Origin: a bacterium
GTDB taxonomy: Bacteria > Electryoneota > Electryoneia > Electryoneales > Electryoneaceae
Direction of reading: 5' to 3'
Length of the DNA stretch: 64,000 bases
Assembly (NCBI GenBank): GCA_963675295.2
Contig: CAXXKJ010000002.1
Span: forward strand, 1,600,001-1,664,000
Of this stretch, positions 1-10,347 are shown one piece after another. Numbering within the stretch: position 1 is the first letter of the stretch; every line of letters begins with the position of its first letter. The notes under the pieces are model-generated. The model was not told the DNA's origin, made no database searches, and saw only the letters and a program-made list of their open reading frames with translations. The translations under genes and the position numbers were made by a program.

Positions 1-41
1 CGTGGGAGTTTGCATCCCCAGCCGACAATCCCGACGCTCAT
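1..41 (-). CDS. 5' fragment of a gene running off the window, possibly hydroxymethylglutaryl-CoA synthase (archaeal-type) or another thiolase-fold enzyme
   Basis: Minus strand has RBS GAGGAG followed by ATG at 41, encoding MSVGIVGWGCKLP, which resembles the 'VGIVGYGAYIP' N-terminus of HMG-CoA synthases. Only 13 codons are visible. Confidence 0.45.
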   Translation of the reverse strand, partial: MSVGIVGWGCKLP

Positions 42-564
42 GGGTTCTCCTCAAAGCTCTGGTCTATGATCTGAAGTTTGTGTTGCACACGAAGAGGTGA
101 AAAAGAACTAGGCCGTTCGCACGATCCGTCACAATGGAATAAGAAGATAATCGCAGACTCATCGAACGCAAACGGTTAGGACGTGCGAACATGCGTCTCG
201 CGCTGTGGGGCGCTCTCGGGGACCGGTTTTGTCCCAGTGACCCGCGCGTTCGTGTGTTCGGTTCGGAGGGGTCAACGGTTCGATGTGTCGCGGTATCGGG
301 ATTAAGATGGGCCAGAGTGTCAATGGGCAGTCGCTGGACAAGCCGCGGTGGCAAACAGAAGCTCCCCCGGGCATCATCGTTGATCCACTTCCGGACCACC
401 CGCGATAGCCGTCACAAACAGACGTGACGGACATTCACGGGCACCGTTCTAAAAGCCGTGGCAGGCAATCACGGACACCAACCGCATATGGCATCGGCAG
501 TTATTAACGTGTCCGCTTCTCCCGTCGTATATTGACCATATCTCGAATTCCACCGAGGCGCCCA

Positions 565-2136
565 ATGACACGCCCGTTCCCGACACGGACACGCCGTTCC
601 TTCACACCATCACACCGTTTCCTGACACTCGCCCTGATCATCCTTCCCCTGCTGATCGCGTCCGCCGCCACTGCCCAACCCCCCGACACTTTGTGGACAA
701 AGACTTGGGATTACGGATCAGATTACGAGTACATGGAAGCTGTCCGCGCCTTACCGGATGGTGGATACATCGCCACTGGCTATACTGATTACTATGAAAC
801 AAACATCCAGTACTGGACAGCCCGGCTCGACCAGGACGGAAACGAAATCTGGCTGCATATTGAAGGATCAGCGTCTTCGGATGGTGCTCATTACATCGAA
901 CCGACCAGCGATGGTGGATTCATCCAATGCGGCGAGGTATGGGGAAACGGCTTTGACCCTTACATCCGCAAACTCGACGCTGATGGCAATGAAGAGTGGC
1001 GGACAGTTATTCCTGGCTGGATCATCGGCGAACTGTTTTACTGCGTTCGCGAAGTTCAAGCGGGGGGGTACATCGCAGTTGGCTATTCCGCGAATGGGAC
1101 AGCGTTCCGTTTCGACGAGGACGGGAATTTCATGTGGCAATGGACGGACGAGGATTCGCTCTACAAACCGCAGTGGATTGAACCCACTGCCGATGGCGGT
1201 TTTGTGACGTGCTCAGATCACTGGAATGAAGATCTCCAAACTCGTGTACCCATCTTCTACAAGCTTAACGCGGATGGAGATGTCGTCTGGACGAATGATG
1301 AGTTGCTTCCAGGACAACCAGTTGAAGGACAGGCGTTCTGTGTCCGTGAGGATGAGGATGGGACGCTGTATACATCTGGATCATTCAGATCTGACTCGAC
1401 CTATTATGATTTTAATGTCACGAAGCGCACATCAGAAGGTGAAGTCATCTGGTCGCTGGTTGTTCCAAATCCTGACGGACCAAGTAATGGTTTTGATTGT
1501 TGCCTTGAACATGTCATTCTCCCAGATGGGAACATAATCGCCGGTGGCTATGGGCAAGAGATGGACTACAGTTTTAACGTATGGCTGATGAAGGTGTCGT
1601 CCGAAGGCGAAATGCTTTGGCTTGATGCGATACCAAGAGGTGATATTTCCTCCCTCGATTTTGGTCAAGATGGATCGGTAATCGCGGCATGGTATGATCG
1701 GGTAAACGGCGGCTGGAATTCCGAGAATCTGGCGTTGATGAAATGGGAATCAGAAGTGAAGGTGCTGCTCGATCCGTATGTGCAGATTGTTCCACCACAA
1801 GGCCGGAGGACGCACTACCGCGCATATGTCGGAAACATCCTCCTCAATCCGACGCCGCTCGACGTCTGGGCAACAGTCACCACACCCGCCGGAAACACGT
1901 TCCCGTTGCAGCAGATCGCGGTGACGTTGCAGCCGGGTGGGACGTTTTACCGTCCAAGAGTCCCGCTCGATATCCCCGCCGCCGCGCCGCCGGGTGAGTA
2001 CACGTTCGAGCTGCATGTCGGCGTCGCGCCGCCAACCGTTCCGCCCGGCGGACCCAACGGCAGCCGTCACATGGGGCTGGGGTCGTTCACGTTTACGAAA
2101 ACCGTTAGTCGGTTGTCGGTAATCGGTTGCCGGTGA
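565..2136 (+). CDS. Secreted beta-propeller-like repeat protein with the shared C-terminal beta-rich domain but no YPNPFN sorting domain
   Basis: Signal peptide (LTLALIILPLLIASAATA-QPPD); repeated 'DGG.I..G...KLD.DG..W' blades; C-terminal VPPQG..Y...DVWATVTTPAG...PAAAPPGEYTFELHVG domain. ATG 565 preferred over TTG 532. Confidence 0.75.
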   Translation: MTRPFPTRTRRSFTPSHRFLTLALIILPLLIASAATAQPPDTLWTKTWDYGSDYEYMEAVRALPDGGYIATGYTDYYETNIQYWTARLDQDGNEIWLHIEGSASSDGAHYIEPTSDGGFIQCGEVWGNGFDPYIRKLDADGNEEWRTVIPGWIIGELFYCVREVQAGGYIAVGYSANGTAFRFDEDGNFMWQWTDEDSLYKPQWIEPTADGGFVTCSDHWNEDLQTRVPIFYKLNADGDVVWTNDELLPGQPVEGQAFCVREDEDGTLYTSGSFRSDSTYYDFNVTKRTSEGEVIWSLVVPNPDGPSNGFDCCLEHVILPDGNIIAGGYGQEMDYSFNVWLMKVSSEGEMLWLDAIPRGDISSLDFGQDGSVIAAWYDRVNGGWNSENLALMKWESEVKVLLDPYVQIVPPQGRRTHYRAYVGNILLNPTPLDVWATVTTPAGNTFPLQQIAVTLQPGGTFYRPRVPLDIPAAAPPGEYTFELHVGVAPPTVPPGGPNGSRHMGLGSFTFTKTVSRLSVIGCR

Positions 2137-2240
2137 TCGGTAACTGATAACTGACAACTGACAACTGACAACTGACCACTGACCACTGACCACTGACCAC
2201 TGACCACAGCCCATAGCCCGCCGTCCGCAGTCCGTAGCCT
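2108..2240. repeat. Heptamer tandem arrays (GTCGGTT/GATCGGT-type, then AACTGAC/CACTGAC-type) overlapping the stop codon of the upstream gene
   Basis: Direct reading: gtcggtt gtcggta atcggtt gccggt gatcggt aactgat aactgac x4 cactgac x4 cacagcc catagcc. Confidence 0.9.
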
Positions 2241-2316
2241 ACTGAGCCTCATCCACTCGCGTGAGCGGATTCCGTTGGCTACCTTCCAGCGGAGACGAAC
2301 TCAACCGGACCGGACC

Positions 2317-3687
<1,371 letters not shown>

Positions 3688-3734
3688 CCGAAAAGAGAGC
3701 ACTCCCGAAAAACTGTCGCTTTGTTCAACATTTC

Positions 3735-3762
3735 CGCCATCCGATTCCGGATGGCGTTTTTT
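3735..3762 (+). terminator. Intrinsic terminator after the NtrC-type gene
   Basis: CGCCATCCG-attc-CGGATGGCG followed by TTTTTT. Confidence 0.85.
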
Positions 3763-4018
3763 CTCAGGCAAGCCGAGGTAACTCTACCCGGTACCCGGAG
3801 ATACTTACCCTCGCACGAACGTGTTGCAACCAGCTGTTTATCAAGACGATCCAGTTGGCAAACACCAGTCTCGCAATCAGGAGCGACCACCGCAGGCAGG
3901 CAGCTCTCCCGCGTTTTTTGTCCCGGACCATTGCTCACCCTTCCAGTGCCGAACCATTGCACTTCGAAAGTAGTCCCGATCAAGAGAGCCAAAAATGATA
4001 CTAAGTAGAAGTTTGAGC

Positions 4019-4058
4019 TTGACATTTATAACTATAGGGAGTATACTACCCCTGAATA
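4019..4058 (+). promoter_or_regulatory. Near-consensus sigma-70 promoter overlapped by a CsoR/RcnR/FrmR-like operator
   Basis: TTGACA (4019-4024), 17 bp, TATACT (4042-4047); overlapping ATAACTATAGGGAGTATACTACCCCTGAATA with G/C tracts flanked by AT-rich inverted repeats. Confidence 0.7.
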
Positions 4059-4128
4059 CTGATAAAAATGCTAGCGCAGAGTTATCAGTTTTCGGTTACC
4101 GGGAGGGAACACAGCAGTGGAGTCGGCC

Positions 4129-5319
4129 ATGAAGAAGCGAAACAGAGTCATGTTTGTTGCGGTTTGCCTGGTGTCGGTGTTTGCAATGGCGGGAGTGGTG
4201 TACGCAGCGGATGAAGAGGGGTCCAACCTCGCACCGCCACAGCCGCGTCCGTTGGGTGACGAAATGCATCCGGTGAGTGAACGGTTCAACGTGGCGGGAT
4301 ACGGCGAGCACTTGTTCGCTCGGGACCGTGGCGCGGTGGGCACGTTCGAGGAGCAGCACGGCATTTTGCTGGATCTGGGCTATGAGCTATCGGAACGGTT
4401 GAGCATCGGAACTCGGCTGGAAGCGGCCTTTGCGAGTGTGGAATCGGAGGGCATCGCTTCGGTGGACGAGTTGTGGTTGGAAGTGGCGATGGTGGACGAG
4501 TTGAACCTGCGCATTGGTCGTGCGCCGGTGCCGGTATCGTGGCACAACCTCGATTTCCAGCCGCTCGGGTACCTGGGTGTGTCGCAGCCGTTCGTGGAAA
4601 CGTACATCGTGCCGAACAACTGGACGGTTGATGGCGCGGGCATGTTCGGCAACCTCGGTGCGGGCTTGAGCTACCAGGCGATTGTTGGCAAGGGTCTGCA
4701 GAGTGAGTGTTTCTGCGCGTCCAACGGCTTCGGCGGGGACAATCTCGAGCAGAATGCGGACTTCAACAATCCGGCGGTGATGGGTCGTCTCGACTTCGAA
4801 TTTGACCTGTTCCCGAACGCGATCAGCAGCAGCGGTGTCGGTGTGTTCGGCTACATGGGAGAAACGCAGACGCCTGCGGAAGTGGAAGGTGTCGAAGCCA
4901 ACACCGTCATCAGCATGGTCAGCATGGAAGCTCGCACCAGTTATCGTACGCTGCAGCTGCATGGCTTCTACGCGCGGGGCTCGATTGAAGACGCGTTCCT
5001 GTTTGATGGCCTCGCCAAGCAATTTGTCGGCTATTCGTTGCAGGGTTCGGTGAACGTGTATCCAGACCGTTGGCGCAAGGGTTGGTTTGAAGACGCCGAC
5101 CTGAACCTGTTCACACGCTACGAAGTCTACGACACGCAACATGAGATGCCGGAAGGTGTCGTGCCGGACACGCGCTATGACCGTGACGCCTGGTCCACCG
5201 GCTTCAGCTTCCTGCCGATCAAGCACCTCGCGTTCAAGGCGGAATACCAGTTGATTCAGAACCAGTCGTTCGTCAGCACCGCTGATCAGGTTGTCGTTGG
5301 AATCGGCTGGGGATTCTGA
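4129..5319 (+). CDS. Outer-membrane beta-barrel porin (porin O/P-like)
   Basis: Signal peptide, amphipathic beta strands (LNLRIGR, LSYQAIVG, LAFKAEYQ), C-terminal GIGWGF ending in Phe; GGAG RBS upstream. Confidence 0.7.
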   Translation: MKKRNRVMFVAVCLVSVFAMAGVVYAADEEGSNLAPPQPRPLGDEMHPVSERFNVAGYGEHLFARDRGAVGTFEEQHGILLDLGYELSERLSIGTRLEAAFASVESEGIASVDELWLEVAMVDELNLRIGRAPVPVSWHNLDFQPLGYLGVSQPFVETYIVPNNWTVDGAGMFGNLGAGLSYQAIVGKGLQSECFCASNGFGGDNLEQNADFNNPAVMGRLDFEFDLFPNAISSSGVGVFGYMGETQTPAEVEGVEANTVISMVSMEARTSYRTLQLHGFYARGSIEDAFLFDGLAKQFVGYSLQGSVNVYPDRWRKGWFEDADLNLFTRYEVYDTQHEMPEGVVPDTRYDRDAWSTGFSFLPIKHLAFKAEYQLIQNQSFVSTADQVVVGIGWGF

Positions 5320-5420
5320 TGCAGTAAGGCGTGACGGATGACGAAGTTGTCATCCTCGTGTGGTCTGCTCCACAGTTGCAATGTTATTGGATTCCGGTCT
5401 CAGTATGGGGCCGGAATCCG

Positions 5421-5449
5421 TTGTCTCCTGCCAGTTGTGCGCCTACCTT
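5421..5449 (+). promoter_or_regulatory. Sigma-70 promoter of obg, predicted leaderless transcript
   Basis: TTGTCT, 17 bp, TACCTT, then 6 nt to the ATG at 5456; no SD. Confidence 0.55.
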
Positions 5450-5455
5450 GCGCAC

Positions 5456-6541
5456 ATGTTCATCGACAGAGTAGAAATCGAAGTCCGGGCGGGACGTGGC
5501 GGCGACGGCATCGTCTCCTTCCGGCGTGAAAAATTCGTGCCGAAAGGTGGCCCGGACGGCGGCGACGGCGGCCGCGGCGGGTCGGTCCTGCTGAGGGTGG
5601 ATCCGCAGCTCGGTACGTTGTTGGATTTGCGGTACCGCAACGTGATCAAGGCGGAAAACGGCAAGCACGGGCAGGGCTCGAAGCGGTCCGGCAAATCGGG
5701 CAAGGATGAGGCCATCCGTGTGCCGCCGGGGACGGTTGTCTTCGACGCAAAGACCGGCGAATTGATCGGCGACCTCACCGAGGAAGGGCACGAGCTGGTT
5801 GTCGCCGGGGGCGGTCGTGGCGGCAAAGGCAACCCGCACTTCGCGACGCCAACCCTCCGTACGCCACGCAAGGCGACCGAGGGCAAGCCGGGCCAGCAGC
5901 GGATGTTGCGGCTCGAGCTGAAACTGCTCGCCGATGTCGGGCTGGTCGGACTGCCGAACGCCGGCAAGTCGACGCTACTGAGCGTGATCACCGCCGCGCG
6001 TCCCGAGATCGCGGCGTATCCGTTTACGACGCTGACCCCGCACCTGGGGATTGTCAAGGTGGGGTCGTACGAATCGTTCGTCGTCGCCGACATCCCGGGC
6101 CTGATCGAGGGCGCGGCAGATGGCAAGGGGTTGGGGCACCAGTTCCTGAGTCACGTCGAACGGACGCGTGTCCTGGCGATCCTGATTGACGCGCTGGACG
6201 AAAATCCTGACGAAACGCTCGCCGTGCTGCTCAAGGAACTGGAAGAGTTCAACCCGGACTTGCTGGATCGTCCACGGATTGTCGTGCGCACCAAGAACGA
6301 TCTCGGTGGGGAACCGTGGTCCGGCGAACAACTGCGGATCAGCGGCGCGACCGGTGAGAATGTCGATACGCTGGTGCGGGAGTTGTACGAGCTGGTGCAA
6401 AGCACGCCGCCGCCGCCGGTGCAGTGGCGTCTGCCCGACGATCAGCTGTCCGGGGACAGTGATGACGACGGCGCTGACGAAGCCGAATGGGAGTGGGCGT
6501 TCGAGGATGAGGATGACCCGGACGAGGATGACGATCGGTAG
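5456..6541 (+). CDS. obg: GTPase Obg/CgtA
   Basis: [18 protein letters not shown]...[22 protein letters not shown]1 [23 protein letters not shown]; acidic tail. Confidence 0.98.
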   Translation: MFIDRVEIEVRAGRGGDGIVSFRREKFVPKGGPDGGDGGRGGSVLLRVDPQLGTLLDLRYRNVIKAENGKHGQGSKRSGKSGKDEAIRVPPGTVVFDAKTGELIGDLTEEGHELVVAGGGRGGKGNPHFATPTLRTPRKATEGKPGQQRMLRLELKLLADVGLVGLPNAGKSTLLSVITAARPEIAAYPFTTLTPHLGIVKVGSYESFVVADIPGLIEGAADGKGLGHQFLSHVERTRVLAILIDALDENPDETLAVLLKELEEFNPDLLDRPRIVVRTKNDLGGEPWSGEQLRISGATGENVDTLVRELYELVQSTPPPPVQWRLPDDQLSGDSDDDGADEAEWEWAFEDEDDPDEDDDR

Positions 6542-6630
6542 GCGGTTACCGGTGATCGTTTGTCGGTGATCGGTGTTTGGTATTCGGTGATCTGTGATCG
6601 GTAGGCGGTTAGCGATGGCCGGTGATCGGC
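6533..6630 (+). repeat. Degenerate heptamer tandem array (consensus GATCGGT, about 14 units) overlapping the obg stop codon
   Basis: gatcggt aggcggt taccggt gatcgtt tgtcggt gatcggt gtttggt attcggt gatctgt gatcggt aggcggt tagcgat ggccggt gatcggc. Confidence 0.9.
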
Positions 6631-6666
6631 GGTGGATGCTAGAAGTTGGAGTCAGATCGCAATGCA

Positions 6667-6692
6667 TTACCACGGACTTAAGTCCGTGGTAA
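6667..6692. repeat. Perfect 26-bp palindrome resembling IS200/IS605-end or REP hairpins
   Basis: TTACCACGGACTTAAGTCCGTGGTAA equals its own reverse complement. Confidence 0.85.
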
Positions 6693-6746
6693 GTCGCACA
6701 GCTTGGGATCAGATCTACTGGTCTATGGTCGTCAGATCCCAGGTGC

Positions 6747-6929
6747 GTCATTCTGAAGGTCACGAAGTGACCTGAAGAAGTTCCTGATGGTCTGAAGAAG
6801 GTCAAGATGGATTGAAGCTGGAATCAACTAAATCTTCTTCACTTTGTTCAGAATGACGTGTATTTGTCGTTTTGCTATTATTTATAAAGTGTATCATTCT
6901 GAATGTAGCGCAGCGAAGTGAAGAATCTC
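6747..6929. repeat. REP/REPIN-like element (GTCATTCTGAA...TTCAGAATGAC) plus a further half copy
   Basis: Terminal inverted repeats at 6747-6757 and 6847-6857, inner TGAAGAAG/CTTCTTCA; half copy TCATTCTGAATGTAGCGCAGCGAAGTGAAGAATCTC at 6894-6929. Related to 26391-26489. Confidence 0.75.
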
Positions 6930-7030
6930 ATCTTTTTCAGCTTTGTCTTTTGCATCTGTTGCATCTTTTGCGTCAGTTGCTTTCTTTGACTGTCTTTTAC
7001 TGTTTTTTCCTGTCTTTTCCTGTCAGTTAC
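6930..7030 (+). repeat. Pyrimidine-rich degenerate ~9-mer tandem array
   Basis: catctgttg catcttttg cgtcagttg ctttctttg ... ctgtctttt ... ctgtctttt. Confidence 0.65.
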
Positions 7031-7042
7031 TTGTACGAAACC

Positions 7043-8194
7043 GTGAGCGACAACAAACAAACCACAGCGAGTACAGCTGCCGAACGTGCGGCGACATTGA
7101 CCCTGCTTCGTGCGACCGAGGTCGGTGCGACCCGTGTACGCAAGCTGCTGGACATCTTCGGCAGCGCGGGGATGACGTTGTCCGCCAGCGATGGCACGCT
7201 GGAACGTGTCGGCGGACTCAGCCCGGAGACGGTCCGCAGCATGCGTGAGGCAGAGGGCGACAAGTTCGGCGAACAGCAGCTCGAACGTGCGGACAAGCTC
7301 GGCGTGCGGGTGCTGTTGCCGGTCGATGACGAATATCCCGAACTGCTGCGCAACATCCACAATCCTCCTGCGGCGTTGTTTGTGGTTGGTGAACCGTTGC
7401 CGACCGATGGCCGCGCGGTGGCGATTGTCGGCAGCCGGAACGCGACCGAGGCCGGAGTCGAAATCTCGCATCAGTTAGGTGCGGGGTTGGCGAAGGCGAA
7501 GGTGAATGTCGTCAGCGGGATGGCGCTCGGGATCGACGGCGCAGCGCACCGGGGCGCGTTGCAGGAGGGCGGCAAAACGGTTGCGGTGCTCGGCTGCGGC
7601 GTGGACAAGGTGTACCCGCGGCAGCACACCAAACTGCACGGCGAGATTTCGCGGCATGGAACGGTGGTCAGCGAACTGTTCCTCGGCGCGGGACCGGAAG
7701 CGCGCAACTTCCCGATGCGCAACCGGATCATCACCGGGATGGTCTCCGCGGTGGTCGTCGTCGAGGCCGGCGCGAAGAGCGGATCGTTGATTACCGCGCG
7801 GTACGCGTTGGAGGAGAACCGGCCGCTGTTTGCCGTTCCGGGGCACCCGTTGTCGCGTGGGCATGAGGGCGTGAACTGGCTGCTGCGGAGCGGGGCGGGG
7901 TTTGTCCGGCACGCCGGCGATTTGCTCGAAGATCTGGCCGGACCGTTACAACTGGACAAATTTCTCGCCGAACAGGAAAAGCTGTTGCTGGACGACCTGC
8001 CGGATGATCTCCCACCCGACGAACGCCGGATTGTCGAAGCGCTGGATCGTGTCGATGGCATCCACGCCGACAAGCTGGCCGACACGCTCAAGGTCGACGC
8101 CAGCCGGCTCGGCGCGATGCTGCTGATGCTGGAGCTGAAAGGGCTGGTCCAGCGTCTGCCGGGGGATCGGTATAGAAGGCGGGGGAAGATGTGA
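7043..8194 (+). CDS. dprA: DNA-processing protein DprA
   Basis: YPELLRNIHNPPAALF, VAIVGSR, VVSGMALGIDGAAH, NFPMRNRII, VVVEAGAKSGSLITA, C-terminal winged helix. GTG 7043 chosen because the upstream ORF extension is repeat-derived. Confidence 0.97.
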   Translation: MSDNKQTTASTAAERAATLTLLRATEVGATRVRKLLDIFGSAGMTLSASDGTLERVGGLSPETVRSMREAEGDKFGEQQLERADKLGVRVLLPVDDEYPELLRNIHNPPAALFVVGEPLPTDGRAVAIVGSRNATEAGVEISHQLGAGLAKAKVNVVSGMALGIDGAAHRGALQEGGKTVAVLGCGVDKVYPRQHTKLHGEISRHGTVVSELFLGAGPEARNFPMRNRIITGMVSAVVVVEAGAKSGSLITARYALEENRPLFAVPGHPLSRGHEGVNWLLRSGAGFVRHAGDLLEDLAGPLQLDKFLAEQEKLLLDDLPDDLPPDERRIVEALDRVDGIHADKLADTLKVDASRLGAMLLMLELKGLVQRLPGDRYRRRGKM

Positions 8195-8997
8195 GCATTG
8201 AATCAAACAACGGCAAGAAAGCTGTATTGTGCCACTACACATCTGTCAGTGCTTTTGCTTCCATTCTAGAATCTAGAAAATTAAGGTTTGGAAGACTTGA
8301 TTGTATGAATGATCCTGACGAAGCAATGACCGACGATAACATAAATTTGAAAAAGCTTATATATGCATCATGTTGGTCTTATCACGAAAATGAAGACCAT
8401 GAGTCTTATCCATTATGGATAAATTACACTAATCGTAAAGGAATAAGATTACAGATTAGTTTTGAGGATTATCCTTTTACAAAAAATAAATTAAAACATA
8501 ATAAAAAGCCTTTATATTATAATATAGCAGGTCCAAATAAAATAATATATAGAAATAAAAATAAAGTTAACGCTTTATCAACTAAAGAGTACGAAAGTAA
8601 TGGTCTAGTATCAGAAGAAATAAAACTACTTGATAAAGAGATTGGATTAGTTAAAAATGAATTTTGGAAAGGTGAAAATGAGTACAGATATAGGATTATT
8701 AATATACCAAATAGGCTAATCCATATTGCTGTTAAAGTCGAAGCGGAACCATCGGTAAGCGAAATAGTAAAATATGGTGATTTAACAAATTTAACTAATA
8801 GGAGAGAGATTTTTATTGAATTGAAAAAACAATTCTTCGAAAAAATGAAAGTTAAACTAGGTCCAGATTGTGAATATGGAGATATTGTAATTGTTAAAGC
8901 GCTTATGGAAAAATATTTGGGTCGATCAGAGCTTTCATGGAGCAAATATGCAAAAAATAAAAAGAAACCAATAGTTATCAATCCTGATGTTGATTAA
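8191..8997 (+). CDS. AT-rich DUF2971-like protein
   Basis: Motifs HYTS, MNDPDE, SCWS, LWINY, WKGENEYR match the DUF2971 pattern; strongly AT-rich; start overlaps the dprA stop (GTGA). Confidence 0.7.
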   Translation: MSIESNNGKKAVLCHYTSVSAFASILESRKLRFGRLDCMNDPDEAMTDDNINLKKLIYASCWSYHENEDHESYPLWINYTNRKGIRLQISFEDYPFTKNKLKHNKKPLYYNIAGPNKIIYRNKNKVNALSTKEYESNGLVSEEIKLLDKEIGLVKNEFWKGENEYRYRIINIPNRLIHIAVKVEAEPSVSEIVKYGDLTNLTNRREIFIELKKQFFEKMKVKLGPDCEYGDIVIVKALMEKYLGRSELSWSKYAKNKKKPIVINPDVD

Positions 8998-9050
8998 CCG
9001 ATAAAGTAGCTTAGCTAACTTCCGCTTTCCTTTAAATCGAGGTACAGCTT

Positions 9051-10301
9051 ATGCCCCTCGGCGTCTACAGCGAAGTCGGACGACTCGAAAAGGTGCTGGT
9101 GCATCAGCCCGGCTGGGAGCATCGGCGGATGATCCCGTGGAACCGGGAAGCGATGCTCTGCGACGACATCCTCGACATCGAGACCGCGCGCCCTGAGCAC
9201 AAGGGTTTTGTCCAGAAGATGCGTGCGCTCGGGATCGAGGTGCTGTATTTCCTCGATCTGCTGAAGGACGTTTGCGCCGATCCGGTGCAGCACGCGGAGA
9301 TTGTCGAGGCGGTGACGCCGAACGGGTTGCCGCCGGGGATGAACCCGCTCAGCATTCAGCCGACGAATCTCGTGATCGGGTATCCGGCGCATTACCGGTT
9401 CGGCGAGACGGTGTTGCTGGAGCCGACGGTCAATCTGTACTTCATGCGCGACCCGTCGTTTTTCATTACGGACAAGCTGATCATCAGCTCGCCGAAGATG
9501 CCGATCCGTCAGCGGGAAGCGTACCTGATGCGTGAGCTGGTGCGCCGTCACCCGATCTTCGCGGGTGTCGATGTGTATGACGGCATCCTTAACGACCCGG
9601 AGGCGACGATCGAGGGCGGGGACGTTCTCATCCCGGACGAACGCACCGTGATGGTCGGCATTTCAGAACGCACGAATGATCGTGGCGCGACGATGCTGGC
9701 GGAGTATTTGTTCGAAAATACGAGCATCGAGCGGTTGCTTAAGGTGCACATTCCGAAGCGGCACGAATACATGCACCTGGACACGTTGCTGACGTTCGTT
9801 GACCGGCAGCAGATTGTGACGTTGCCATACATCTGGGAGCAGCGCGAACTGTACCAGCGTGTGGTCGGTGAGGTGCGGGAGCAGGTGCGCCGGCTGGGCG
9901 CGACATACGCCGGTCCGCCTGAGGAGATTTACACCGACTGCCCGTGGCTCGAGGTGATGTTCCAGGACGGGTCGACAAAACGATACGACAACGCGATCGA
10001 AGGCATGGCGGAGTTGGGCGTGGTGGTGCCTGAGATCACGGTGACGGTCGGCGGTGATCGTGACCAGTACGACAGCGTCGAGGAGCACATTCTCGAGGCG
10101 TTGCGTGAGCAGTGGAATGATGGGGCGAACACGTTCGCGTTGAAGCCGGGCCATGTGATCACGTACGACCGAAACGACCGCACGATCCGTGGGCTGGAGG
10201 ATGTGATGGTCGAGGTAACGAAGTTCCGGGGCGGGGAGTTGGTGCGCGGACGTGGCGGCGCACGCTGCATGACGATGCCGCTGAAGCGTGGACGGATCTG
10301 A
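9051..10301 (+). CDS. arcA: Arginine deiminase
   Basis: GVYSEVGRLEKVLVHQPG, NLYFMRD, IEGGDV, MHLDT, EQWNDGANT, ELVRGRGGARCMTMP (catalytic Cys). Confidence 0.95.
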   Translation: MPLGVYSEVGRLEKVLVHQPGWEHRRMIPWNREAMLCDDILDIETARPEHKGFVQKMRALGIEVLYFLDLLKDVCADPVQHAEIVEAVTPNGLPPGMNPLSIQPTNLVIGYPAHYRFGETVLLEPTVNLYFMRDPSFFITDKLIISSPKMPIRQREAYLMRELVRRHPIFAGVDVYDGILNDPEATIEGGDVLIPDERTVMVGISERTNDRGATMLAEYLFENTSIERLLKVHIPKRHEYMHLDTLLTFVDRQQIVTLPYIWEQRELYQRVVGEVREQVRRLGATYAGPPEEIYTDCPWLEVMFQDGSTKRYDNAIEGMAELGVVVPEITVTVGGDRDQYDSVEEHILEALREQWNDGANTFALKPGHVITYDRNDRTIRGLEDVMVEVTKFRGGELVRGRGGARCMTMPLKRGRI

Positions 10302-10347
10302 TGTTGCCGGTTGATGGTACGCGTAGCGCAGGCATGGAGTGACGTGA

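Noticed and set aside
42-560. ncRNA or small genes in the first intergenic region
   Set aside because: Only short hairpins (e.g. CCGTCAC...GTGACGG) and motif-less ORFs; no recognisable RNA family.
6872-7042. N-terminal extension of DprA in the ORF track
   Set aside because: It is translated REP-like and 9-mer repeat sequence; DprA-like sequence starts near GTG 7043.
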